In this document: positions 27,401 to 38,866 of the stretch, one piece after another
Layout of the letters: the number at the start of each line of letters is the position of its first letter
How positions within the stretch are numbered: the stretch's first letter is position 1
NCBI GenBank assembly: GCA_964247055.1
Contig: OZ176051.1
Location: forward strand, 9,300,001 to 9,364,000
Direction of reading: 5' to 3'
DNA: 64,000 bases
From: Paragordius varius
Lineage: Eukaryota > Animalia > Nematomorpha
Notes under the pieces: generated by a model
The model's database searches: none
What the model was told of the DNA's origin: nothing
The model's input: the letters and a program-made list of their open reading frames with translations, nothing else
Made by a program: the position numbers and the translations under genes

Positions 27401-28701
27401 ATCTTGGGGGGGAATATTTAGAAAAAACTTGAAATAGAGTGAGAAATTAAATTGTTGAGAGGAAAACTTATTTTCCAGTTAGGAATAATTGTTTAAATTT
27501 GAAGTGTGAATAGTGGTATAAAAAAGTCTATTATATACCTCTGACAGTATCAACAACTGAATTAGTCCATGTCATATTATTGTGTGAAGTTGCCCTTGTT
27601 TGTTGTTCATGAGAAGGATTATCGTTTGAATGCTCCATATGGTTTCCATCATCGACTGTATTAACAATTGAATAAAATTAAAATAAATGTTTAGGATTAT
27701 AAATATTCAGATTAGCATTCGTTAATTAAAATGCACTTTTCCAATTTTAAAAAAAATCCTAGTTTTTGAAATATAACGGTTTAATTTGCATGTTCCACAT
27801 CATACTAACTAGTTTGGTTGAGAGGATTTTAGGGTTTTCTTACTGGCAATAAAAATTTGTTATTTATTTATTTTATAAAAATTGACTTTTATAATAATTA
27901 TTATATATATTTTTAACACAAAAAATAATATTTTATGTTAAAGAGTTAACAGGTGTATCCATTAATAGAATAATAACAGTGGTTCCCAAAAGAGGCGGTA
28001 AAAAAATCTAGGAGGAAAAATAAAATTTGGAAAATTCATTAAAAAAATAAAATTAGAAAAAAATTAAAGGTTAATGAGGCTTACAGGTAAACATTATCAA
28101 AATTTGTCACCGATATGGAAAAAATATATAAAAGGATCTCATTGTTGTAATAAATTTTGAATTTTTGTTTTTTGGGGGGCGAAAGAAGGGGGGCGCAAGA
28201 AATATTTTTGAATTTGATGGGCGTAAAAGGTTGAAAATCGTTATTTTACATTGTTTAAAGTAAATACTATTTTTGTTATTACGTGTAGGATTTAATTCTA
28301 TTGGTTCTTGTGTTATTTCCAATCGTATTTCATACGTATTATTATTGTTATTATTTTCAACCGTATTTATATTATTGGAGTCCATTTCCACATCGTTGTT
28401 TGAAGTAACATAAGGAGGTTCAGTTATATTCATTACATGTGATTCAGATTGTGCCTTTATTTATCAAACATAAAACAAAAATTAATACATTTATTGGGTA
28501 AAATATATAGACAAGGGTGGGTCTAATCAATTATCAACTTGTTAATTATATGATAATACATCGGTGATATCTATATATAAATTAATGGTATACTAATTTG
28601 GATTTAATGTAAAAAACGGGATAATTTAAGTGTTTTTGTTGGTTCAGTATTTATTATTAAATTAGTATCTTAAACAATTATTTTCGTTTTTTATACATGT
28701 A

Positions 28702-28746
<45 letters not shown>

Positions 28747-31700
28747 CAAATACCATATTCAACCCAAAATATTATAAAAATATATAGAAATAACTTATTA
28801 TTTTTAAACTAAATTTATTAGCTTGTTAATATTACTTTCAATTTTTTATACTCTGTAAATTTTTTAAAAAATATTTAACATAAATTATATCAGAATATAA
28901 TCAAACTTATATTTTGATTTACAAAAAAAATAAAACTTATGATCCAATACTTGAGTTATATTTGTCGAATTTATTGGTGCATCAGATCTTAATGGTTGAT
29001 TATTTATAGTTGAAGGGGCTGCCATTGGTCCAAAGTGATATGGCTAAATATGCAATATGTCCATTTATTTCTTCAAAAATATAATATAACATGTACATTT
29101 ATGCTGGTTTATTACATTTTTTGGGCAATTAGTAATAAATTATAGCGTGTATGTTAAAAAAATTTAACCCATAATTAAATGTAAAAAGTAATGTAGGATA
29201 GGAAAAAATTGTTTAATGTCAACATTTTGTTCTTTTTTCAAACAGTATTGTATTGCCAGAATATAGCATACTGTATATGTATATTTATAAACTTTATTGA
29301 GTTAGTGTGATGAAAAAAATATGAAATAAAAAACCAATGTTATTTCAACAGGCACTATGGCTTGATGTAAAATAGCGGCTCTGAGATAACGAGCATCCCC
29401 AGGTTCTCCAAAATTAACAACTATATCACTCAATGCATGTTGAGCATGGGAAAGGGAATGCATTATGCGGGAAACTGTGTTAAATCGTGATTGAATCGTC
29501 CGTTTTTCATCCTTTGCGCAATGTAAAAATGTGTAAAATAAATTTCTATCTACTCATCTAAATTTGAAGCTTTAAAGAATGAAAAAGATTTAGAGAAAAT
29601 GAGGAGGTGTAAGGAAATGCATTATACAATACAGTGTAGCGAATGAATAGTTTCTCATACAATATTCAATTTTTTTGTAAAGAACAAAACTATCTTAATT
29701 TCTTATATACATAATATTAAAACCACTTAAAGTTATTCAAGTAGAAGGACTAAAAAAATTTATGATATTGGACCAATATATAATTATAAAAAATATATGC
29801 ATAAAATGTAAAAAATATCTAAAAACCAATTTTTCGGGTTTTTTAAAATGGGCAGCTAATTATTTTCAAATATTGAAATCTAATATTGTGAGGCTTTTCA
29901 TTGTTTGAGAACTTAGTTTAGTTTTACAAATTTAACATTGATAAGATAAAATATACAAAATCGTCAAAATCTCTTTTTATGCGACAGGTTTCCGTCAGTT
30001 AAACAAATTTTTACCTTTTTTTAGAGAAGAATTTTGATTTTTGTGCAATGTTTAATTTATAGGCACATAGTTAAGATTATTAATCAATTTATCAGGACAA
30101 AAAAGAGCATGGTTTTTCGTTTTAATGCTAGTTATGATATTTCAAAAAAACCCCAATTTACAAATCTTTGGAGTCCGTTTTTTCAAAAAGGGTTAAATTG
30201 CATATTATTATATGTTAAAACAAATATTTTAATTTTTGGTCATTTTATAAAAAATTTTTAATATCTAAAACCTCGGATGTTATATTATCAGTACGCCGTA
30301 AATCAGCAGTAACTGTACGCAAGTGAGGTGCCAACGTTTCCAATAAATTAGAATATTCCGATAACATATCTGCCAGTGTGTGAGTTTTTGGTCGACTAAA
30401 CAAATATGAAAAAATAAATGTCATAATTTATAAAATATAAAATAAAATATGACCAACTTTTCAAAAGTCCTCTCAAGAATATTATTGGAATTGTCATTGT
30501 CAGCCACAGTAGATATTTCCATATCTTCACCGGCGTTCTCGGCTAAATAATGGAATAAATTTGTTAATATTCATAGCTATAATAAAGATATTAAAGCATA
30601 TTATTTTTCGGAGATACCTTTTAATTATATTTTGTAAACTTATCTTAAAAATTTAAAATAAAAGCACCACCATAAATAAGAAACGTTGTTTCTTTCTTTC
30701 GTTTTTTAGGTATAAAACAAATAAATTAAGGCGTGGTATAGTAGGTAGGGCGCCTGACACTCACACTGCTTGCCAGAGTTCGAACCCCGAAACTAAGCAT
30801 TTTTTCCATCATTACTGTCAGCTATGGGCAGGCGAGTGTTAAAGCCCCCACATGTCCGGATACAATTTAAGTCCTTAGCCTTTGATAAAAAAAGGAATAA
30901 GAGACTCTAAACTGTGTATTTTTTATTTTTTTTATTTTTTTCAAACTCAACCTGAAATATCATTGGTTTGAGGGATTTCTTGAAACGTAATTTGTTCTGT
31001 AAATGTTGGAGATGCTTGATTTGTCGAATTTGTTTCCAGAGAAATTTTAGTATTAGCGCTAATAAAATCTTTTAGCTTATCAGTGTTTTCCTCTTTAACT
31101 GTGTTTAAATCTAATGTCTTTTCATTCTTTTTATCATTATCGTCATAAATGTCACGAGAGGTGGATGGTTTTTCCTCTTTCTCAATCGTGTCATTACCAT
31201 TATTCTGATTTGTTTCACGATGTGTTACAATATCATTTGCTAATTAAAATTTTATGAAATTAGAAAATTTCAAATAGAAAATTACGACAATTCTATATAC
31301 CATGTTGATTAATAACGTCTAAAGATGAAAGTTTGTTCAAATCTCGTTTGACGGATTTAAACATTTTTTGAGCCAATTCAAGGCGGGCTTTGGAAAAACT
31401 TTGAGGTGACTGTCTAGGTATTGGCCCAGCAGAAGTTTCAATATTATTTGATGCGTGAGAAGAGGTTGATGTTGTTGTCACATTCTAGATATATTTGGCA
31501 ATTATATAAATATATAAACATTTTCACAGAAACTGAAAAAATTTTGCTAAAATTAACATCGATCTATTTGGCTAATGCTGTTTGTATGCATTTATTGACA
31601 TCTAAATATTGACCTAGTGTTTGAGATATGTCAAGTTAAAGTTGCATTTATCTATAAAGAGTGTACCAATATTGCGCCACCATCAGGATAAGCCAAATAA

Positions 31701-33876
31701 AATAAAAAAAATTATATGTTACCTTTTCCATATTTAAAAAAATCAAATATTTGTATGTGCATGATTAAATAATTATTTTTTATTGAGTCAGTGGGGGACT
31801 AATCGTCGATCTCCAATAATATTCAAAAATTTAAGTAATAAAACAATTTTTTTAATGATAAAAAAGAAAAATATAATAATGCTTAAAGCATATTTGACCA
31901 TACCTAGGAAAAAAACCAAAATATTTATTGGATTAAAAACTTACGATATTAAACGGTTGTTGAAAAGTATTGGGATTTCCCATATTTTGTGCAAATTGAC
32001 TCAAGGCATTCTAAATAATATTAAAATAAAAAATATATTAAAGCCGCTTATATTTTCCATTTAATGAATCAAAATATTGCATTGGAAATATGTTCAGCAA
32101 TAAAATTAATTTGCTGATAGTAAATTTTTATTTAAACGTAAATAAAATAAGTTTCGAGAAAATTTATGATTGATCTTTGAATATTAAGTCTTCAAATAAA
32201 AAATGGATTGCATTTACCATTACCATTTCAAATAATACTTTAATATTTTAGATTTAATGTGTTAACATCTAAAAAAACATAAAAAAATGTTCCTATACCA
32301 AATTTTCATTATTAATTATTTAAAAGCATAGTTAAAAATATTGTTTGTTCGTTATGTAAAAATGTAAGTATATTTTAAAATCCGTTAAAAAGGCTCAAAA
32401 CGAAATTAGAATTATTAACCTAAACACATGTATAATCAGAGGAAATCGAATTATTCATAGTTATAACATGTAAAGGAAAATGATTCAAAATTGTTAAAAA
32501 AATGAATTATGTATTTAGAATATGACATAATAAGACAACAAGCAAAAACATTGGCAAGAAATAAGTCATAAAATAATTTTTTTAAACATGAGGATGCCGG
32601 ATTAATATGATATAATCTAAAAAAGCAAATTCTCAAAAACACTTAGCTAATAATATAACTTCCCCGAGGGGTGTTGATGGATTTAAATCAAATATTAATT
32701 TTCTAATACCATTTACTTCACCCTTAAACAATTAAAACTCGCCCTTAAACAATTCATATTCACCTTTAAACAATTTAAATTCACCCTAATTTAAGATATG
32801 TGTTTTTTAAAATTAAATATTACTTTTATTTTTTTATATTTTTAAAAAATAAAGTTTTGTCTTTTTATATTAATACTGAAAAAATAATAAACAAAGCCAT
32901 AAAGACATATTTCGTATTAATAATGAGTTATATTAGCCAGAAAACAGATAATTATATTTAGGGTAAATTTAATTTGTAAATGGTATAAATAGTATTAAAA
33001 ACTAATAAAATCATTCCCCCTTTTGTCAATTTAAATACTTGCATAGTCAAAATCAATGAAATGATTGGATTTTTAAATTTCTGGATATTTGCGCAGCTAA
33101 TATAAAGCGTATAAAGGTAAAAGAGGAATACCAAAAATAAATTTGAATTAGGTAAAAATGAATAAAAAAATTCACAATCGATCCATATATAAATTATAAC
33201 CACATAAAACTTTTAAAATACAGTTGGATTTATAAGGTGGATATATATAAAAATTAAGGAACGCCTTATAAATTTATCATAAAGTCCAAAATTACTAAAT
33301 ATAATAAAAGTTGCGTTTCAAATATTCGAGAAAATGTAAAACTTTATTTTCATATACCTCAATGTTCCTTGGATCAAAATTTGAACCGAAAGGTATGTCA
33401 ACTGTACCTAAATACACGCGATGGTTATTATTACTAAATGCATTTCCAGCATTTGTGTAATAATAAGCACTATTGTTGCTCGCTCCAATGTGGGAGATCG
33501 CAGTTTGAGATGCGTTAGTACTGCTGATGGAAGGTTGATAATATGAACTGGGTGGTGGGCGTTCAACTAAATGAATGACTTGATCATGCACATCTAATCA
33601 TTTAAAAACGATAAATGGTATTGGAAAAGAATTAAAAAATAATTATTATACTGTATGTATTAAGAATAAGATCATCCTGTAAAACTTTTCCTTTAAAAAT
33701 TAATCGTTGATTTTCAACAGGTAAATTCTATATAAAATATTGATATACTAATTTTCCAGAAATTTTTTCTTTAAACTGGTGCACAGTAATCTAATATAAT
33801 TAAATAAAAAAACATCATCTTCCAAATCAAAATAATAATTTTCTGATTCCAAAGTTCTGATCGTTACGTGAATCAT
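6471..33876 (-). CDS. BAG6: Large proline-rich protein BAG6 (BAT3/Scythe) orthologue, 30 coding exons, about 1480 aa
   Basis: N-terminal UBL domain MIHVTIRTLESENYYFDLEDD-ITVHQFKEKISGKL-NLPVENQRLIFKGKVLQDDLILNTY-NVHDQVIHLVERPPP; KARLELAQKMF; HSLSHAQHALSD; LLPCLSHHF; WQSQIPDQEWIDIMKNEI; SDAYMSGMSVKRRK (NLS); C-terminal BAG-similar segment ending KKYPDIQKFLDEN*. Exons: 33814-33876, 33749-33790, 33652-33727, 33358-33593, 31301-31484, 30952-31239, 30458-30542, 30272-30395, 29335-29511, 28951-29043, 28283-28454, 27539-27655, 27024-27116, 26686-26748, 25271-25514, 24658-24835, 14320-14446, 13889-13974, 13234-13435, 12278-12497, 10993-11210, 10039-10247, 9656-9786, 9195-9418, 9023-9110, 8249-8309, 7784-7927, 7216-7440, 7041-7160, 6471-6623. 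All junctions are phase-consistent; a few low-complexity exon ends are uncertain. Confidence 0.93.
7941..8134 (-). mobile_element. tRNA-Lys(CTT)-derived SINE, copy 1
   Basis: Head GGCGTG..TATAGTAAATAGGGCGCCCGACTCTTAATCT..AATTCGAACACC (A box, Lys anticodon loop GACTCTTAATCT, B box). Body and tail are shared with the copies at 12541 and 30730. Confidence 0.75.
12541..12730 (-). mobile_element. tRNA-Lys-derived SINE, copy 2
   Basis: GGCGTGATGGTATAGTAGGTAGGGCGCCGGACTCTTACACTGAGTGTCAGAGTTCGAACCC ... AAGAGACTCTAAACTGTATA; clear A and B boxes. Confidence 0.8.
15636..16850 (+). mobile_element. Decayed hAT (Buster/Charlie-like) transposon with left TIR and transposase pseudogene
   Basis: Left end CAGGGCTTCTTAAACTATGGGCCGCGACCCCATTTGGGGTCGCG. 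Interrupted translation: QLMTRIKESPIFSVQLDETTNITKFAQLL, EELLFCCPMEDNTRGKDI, IHCLNREALAAKK, LLLHAEIR.LSKGQ. Multiple stops and frameshifts; right end not located. Confidence 0.85.
17300..17870 (-). mobile_element. RTE-clade LINE 3' fragment (pseudogene)
   Basis: Broken translation EKVDSLIYLG, YGAKAWPLSK, RLWLRR and LPGRLYKTSQKSITDDL follows the order of motifs in the RTE RT C-terminal region. Confidence 0.7.
18680..19910 (+). mobile_element. Decayed hAT transposase (SPIN/GTF2IRD2-like)
   Basis: ORF 18970-19302: FHYFIHQQNLVSR...VIETVVDIVNHIRGR...LYTADRWLSLSKILNRFFILRHEI (C-x2-H-equivalent and RW motifs). The 3' part is dimerisation-like (RNRLTDDHL). Fragmented. Confidence 0.8.
20067..21269. 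mobile_element. Family A MITE (about 1.2 kb, almost wholly palindromic), copy 1
   Basis: Termini CTGTGTGCAAAAAAG / TTTTTTGCACACAGTG; the left and right halves are inverted repeats; homologous to 39403-40634. Confidence 0.85.
21500..23280. repeat. Degenerate tandem array, about 320-bp unit built of two related about 160-bp subunits
   Basis: TATGGTGGCGCAGTTT-type motif at 21625, 21841, 22166, 22474, 22793 and 23124 alternates with TATGGTGGCGCATTTTT-type motif at about 21715, 22000, 22312, 22632 and 22960. Confidence 0.85.
25670..26382. mobile_element. Family C hAT-type MITE, copy 1 (left end unclear)
   Basis: CCGGTCAGACCCAG..GACCAT(A/G)GTCATGACC subterminal motifs, right end ...GACAACCCTA; homologous to 54381-55065. 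Confidence 0.7.
27978..28245. mobile_element. Short hAT-like MITE remnant
   Basis: Left end CAGTGGTTCCCAAA, degenerate right end AAAAGGTTGAAAATCG, internal GGGGGGC runs. Confidence 0.45.
28705..28742. repeat. (TA)n microsatellite (others at about 3855, 6790, 10786, 36170, 36767, 40645 and 59648)
   Basis: Directly visible dinucleotide runs. Confidence 0.95.
30730..30919 (+). mobile_element. tRNA-Lys-derived SINE, copy 3
   Basis: GGCGTGGTATAGTAGGTAGGGCGCC...GAGTTCGAACCCC...GAGACTCTAAACTGTGTAT; same family as the copies at 7941 and 12541. Confidence 0.8.
32709..32983. mobile_element. Family B element (CCATTT termini, 21-bp subterminal repeats)
   Basis: AATA|CCATTTAC ... GTAAATGG|TATA with three copies of a CCCTTAAACAATTTAAATTCA-type 21-mer. 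Confidence 0.75.
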
Positions 33877-36164
33877 TTAATGCGAGCCGATCTTTAAATT
33901 GAAAAAGTATGCTAATAAGGTTTAATCAGCAAATATTATAAATTGCACCTAGAGATAGATTTTTGTATGGTAAAGGTGCATATAAATCAATGCTAATTGC
34001 ATTTTTTTTATTTTATTTAGCATTGGCAGTGAATTACACTGAAAATCTGGTGTTATTGTTCAGAGGGATTTTTAAATAAAATATATTAAAGACTATAAGG
34101 CTTATAATGTTCATTTAATATTTATATATTATCGTTGTCATAGACAAAAGCGTTTAATATGGGTTTGTAAATTCTTTAATATATTAATTTAAATCATTCA
34201 TTCGAATATTCTATATATTACATTAACTTGTTGTCACACATTTATGTAAGTAACGAATTTTATTTTTAGCAAAAATTTGACATTTGGAGTAAAATTTTAT
34301 TTTTTGGTCTGTGTCCTATAACAATTAATTAATCTTAAATGTATTTAACATTTATAACATTTTTTTTAAACGATTACATTTTGGGGTTGTTTTCTATTCC
34401 AAAGCTTAAAGTTGCATATATAGAATTTTAAAGTTCTTTTGGCTCAAATTTGATCACTTAATATTGTTATCTTATGTCGTCAAAGTGTTATAAACAATGT
34501 GCCAAAATTAGCATCTCAGTAATAATTTTCATGGTGGATGATGTTTTAATTTCTAAGGACACAAGTCGGATATCCTCCAACATATTGAAACAAACAACCA
34601 TTTTAAATTCGAATTCTAATTATGAAAATTGCAGAGTTAATTAGTTCATTTCAAACAAATGCACATTTATTTCCCTGGGGTATTGATTCAATTATCTACA
34701 ACAAAAAAAAGCTACGAAACAATTTGATAATATATTAGGCACTTATTTATTTTTCCTAGATTTAAATCATACGGCTAAAAGGTATACCATATTTAATTTT
34801 TCTCAAATGAAAATACTTTTTGAAATATTTAATTAAATTAATCCAAGGTATAAAACTACCATTGAAGGTAATAAAATGAAAAAAAATATTGTGCCAATAT
34901 CTTGAAATTATTTTCATCTAACGGTTTTTCATCGCCATTTTTTTCTTTGGATATGCACTTCAAATTTGAATTGGGATAAATTGCTGAAAGAAACTATTTA
35001 AATTTTAATTCATGCTTCTCTCCTAATATGAATAAAAATTTCTAAATAAAATTTAGTACACACAAAACTACTACAACCCGTATTTGGCAACATTGCAAAA
35101 TATTGTGTTTATTTTGTTCTAACGCTAAATATAAAGCTAATTTATTATTTAAATCTCAATAACTTTGATATTAACAGAATTATTTTTAGATATGAGCTTT
35201 CCTACAAAAATTTTATAACTTTCGAAAATCACTTGTTACAGTTATAACTAAAAGCCTGTTAACCTGATACATTGAATTTGTAACTGTGATACTCGCAGTG
35301 GCGAACCCTTCCTTTCACTTAAAATTAACGAATATTCACCGTTTTTTAGATAACTTAACTGCGGAGTTTTTTCACCCACAAAAAAGAAATTGACATTAAA
35401 ATATAAAACCCAAATTTATATACAATAGATATTTCGCATATAATATCAATTATCAAAAATATCGCAAATAAACCATAACAAACATTTTAGTTTATCTACA
35501 AATTCCAATATTTTTTGCTATAAACAAAAACATAAAAAATTTCATATTGGCATAAAATGTTAAAATATCTTATATAAATGTCTTAGAACAAGGGCGACAT
35601 TTAGAACTATCAATTCCAATAAGCAATTTTAGAATTAAATAAAGAAACATTCATATTCGGTTTCATACCGGTAGATAAAAATAATGGCTTCAACAAAATT
35701 ACGAAGAAATTAGTCTATTAAGATTTTAAATCCAAATTTACTTGTAATCATGCTTTAGCGAAGGAATCTGCACGGAAATCTTTCCCAAAAACCTTTGGTC
35801 GAAGATAACTATGAATGAATCAATGAGTCATGTGCTTAAGTATGTAATAATCAAATATTAAAACTAATCCTAATTTTTTTAGTATATTAACAAAAACGTT
35901 TCTACCTAATAAACTTTTATATAGATCAAGATAATATAAATAATTAGCTATTAATAGTATAGAATATCCTTTTTTGTTGTAACTATTATATTAACAATCA
36001 CTTTTATGAACGGTAATAATTATAATTATGTTTAAATATGATAATCAATCATCTAATAGCATGAAATCATGAATAACATTTGAAACAACGAGACTACCAA
36101 TACATTTAAGGTATTTTTTAATGTTGTAAAGAATACAGACATTTTTAATCAGAATGTGTTTATT

Positions 36165-36196
<32 letters not shown>

Positions 36197-36942
36197 GATA
36201 AAAAAATGTGGATTATTATAGTGATTATGATTTTAGCCCTTACTCGTAATTTCAAAGTTACAGTTTTATGGTAGGTCGCTACATCTGAAAATGACGATTG
36301 TGCACATTTTGTTGAATAATTTTTTGGTGAAAGTTCAATGATCCATTCCAAAAAATATCATTTTGACCGAACCAAGTTTTTTTCGAAGAAGATCGTTTTT
36401 AAAATTTAATTTATGGCAAAATTTTGATGGATCGTACTTCATGCTGGCATTTTTGCGTTAACTGTAACAGAAATAGCCCATTTTATAAAAATGATAAAAT
36501 TTAGGACTTTTAGAACCCACATCTAAAAATTTAATATTTTAATTTTATTGATTTGCTTTTTATATGTGGTTTATGATATATTTTACTGATTTTTTAGAGT
36601 GAACATGTACCTTTAAAGAAAAAAATCTCAAAAAAACATCCACAAATTTTGCCATTTTCTGGTATGTAGTACATACCACAAATTTTAAATAATTTTCGTA
36701 AAACTCATAGCGTCTAAAACCAAAAGCACCATTATAACCCTAATTCTTATCAGGAACTTGATTTAAATATATATATATATATATATATATATAATAATTA
36801 TATATGTATAAAGTATATGACAGTAAATTAACGTTGTTTTATTAATGTCTATTAAAAAATTATATTGGGCTTACTTTGAAGATGATAAATATCACTTTCG
36901 TACACATCGGAAATATATTTCAAATATTAGTTTTCAAATTAT

Positions 36943-37936
36943 GGGTGAGGTGATAAAAAAGTCGCATTTGACCTATAAGCCAAGCGTGGCAAGTTCAAGA
37001 TTACTTAAGCCAGCAAGTGTACACTTGAAGATCGGTGATAAAAAAACACTTAAGTCAAGTCTTTTGCTTATGAATGTAACATTTTTTTCCACCCAATTCG
37101 AATTTTATGGAAACTTTTTTGATCATTTTCAGCCAAAATTTATGAAATAAGCACTAAAAAATAAACAATTAATACAATATGCATTTATTGAAGTTTTTCA
37201 AACTCACTGGCACGTATCTTATTTAATATTATAGAGTTTTTAAATTTTAAGCCTGTCAATAGTTTTTAGATTAATGAAACCGTTCGCCCTTAAAACACCT
37301 TCCATTATTTTACCACACTACTTTTTTTGTTTGGAGTCCAGTTGCGAATATAATGGGAAGTTCATACAATATAACCTATTATTATTTTTAATTGATTATC
37401 AACATTACATTCGAAATAAATTCTTTACATTAGTTAATAGTGAAGTAACCTTTAGCGTTTAATAAACAAAGATTTGAAATTTTGTAAGAATAATTAATAT
37501 TAAAAAATTTTCGAGAATCAAACTTTTTGGCTTTCACGAAATAGATAAATTTAGCATATTTTTATAAGCCATGATTAGCATTTTAAAAAAATTTATTCAC
37601 TTCTGTATCCACCCAATGAATAGATAAATTAACCAATATTTATCAAATTACCAATTTATAGCATTAACAAAGGTTTGAATTACTTATAAAACCTAAATTT
37701 TATACATAAATAGTTTCCAAAATAATTTTATTCATATTTTTAAATCTGTCAAGTGTGCCCTGCACCACACTTGCAAAATCTATAAGTTTTACTTGATCAT
37801 ATGATTTTTTATCACCTCTGCATCAAGTTTTCTTGCTTGACTTAAGTCGTGTAATAAAAATTTTTTTATCACATGAAAGTGAGCTATGACTTGAAAAACT
37901 TGCGAGTCAAGCCAAAAAAAATTTATCACCCCACCC
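36943..37936. mobile_element. MITE with GGGTG(A/G)GGTGATAAA terminal inverted repeats
   Basis: GGGTGAGGTGATAAAAAA (36943) versus ATTTATCACCCCACCC (ending 37936); internal repeated TTATCAC / CTTAAGTCAAG motifs. Confidence 0.65.
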
Positions 37937-38866
37937 TATATGTTAACATATCTGAACCTTGAAGCTTAAAATGCGGTCAATAGTTGTATCCATTTCAATA
38001 ATTCGAATATAAGTAGGTTAGAGATATATTTTATCCGAAAAATATTATTTTAAACAGTTCATCAACATGTGTTTTAGCAGTGCAGGTCCGGGATTTTAAT
38101 AATAACGGGTGAGATAGCAAAAACATACAATATACTAGTAATAAATAATGGTTATGAAAGGTGGTTTATGAAAAACGTTTATTTATCAAGAATAAGCATG
38201 ATTGGTCTATAACGCAATATTAAAATATGTTCAATGGTAGGAAGACAACAAGAAATTTAGGGTACTTGTTGAAATTTATGATGGTTAACCAACTAATAAT
38301 TGAAGAATGACCCAATATAAATTAAAAGCAAACGATAATAAAATTTTTAGGTTCTTAGATACTAAGTTATAATATTTTAGGTGCTAACTGATTGATTGGA
38401 GAATAGTCCAATATCTTGAATCAAAGTTATAATTTTAATTCTTTGTTGAAAGTTAATAGTTATACGATTAAATGTTATTGGACAATATCTCAATATTCTA
38501 AATTGAAAATAAAATATAATATAATTGTTAATTCTTGGACAAATGATTAATATTAGTTTAAGTGATTGATGATTGTAGAATGGTTGATATTTAAAAAAAA
38601 GTAAAAAAAATATAATTTTTAATTCCTTTGATTGTAAGTTGTAGAGTGTTAAATTATTGATGATTGTAGAGCGGTGGCCTATATTCTTTCATAAAATAAT
38701 TAATGTTAACTGATAGATGATTATAAAATGGCTATTAGAATTAAAAGAAATTATTTTATATTTCTTATAAATTAATTTAAAAAACATTAAAGATTTATTT
38801 TTAATATGCTTTATATATTCGAATATATTTAATGGGTCATTGTCATAAATCAAGTTATTACGATAT

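Noticed and set aside
34470-36480. Isolated exon-like segments upstream of BAG6 (for example EGICTEIFPKNLWSK at about 35760-35843, and ORF 36160-36351)
   Set aside because: They could not be chained into a model, and neighbouring candidates contain stops or lack acceptors.
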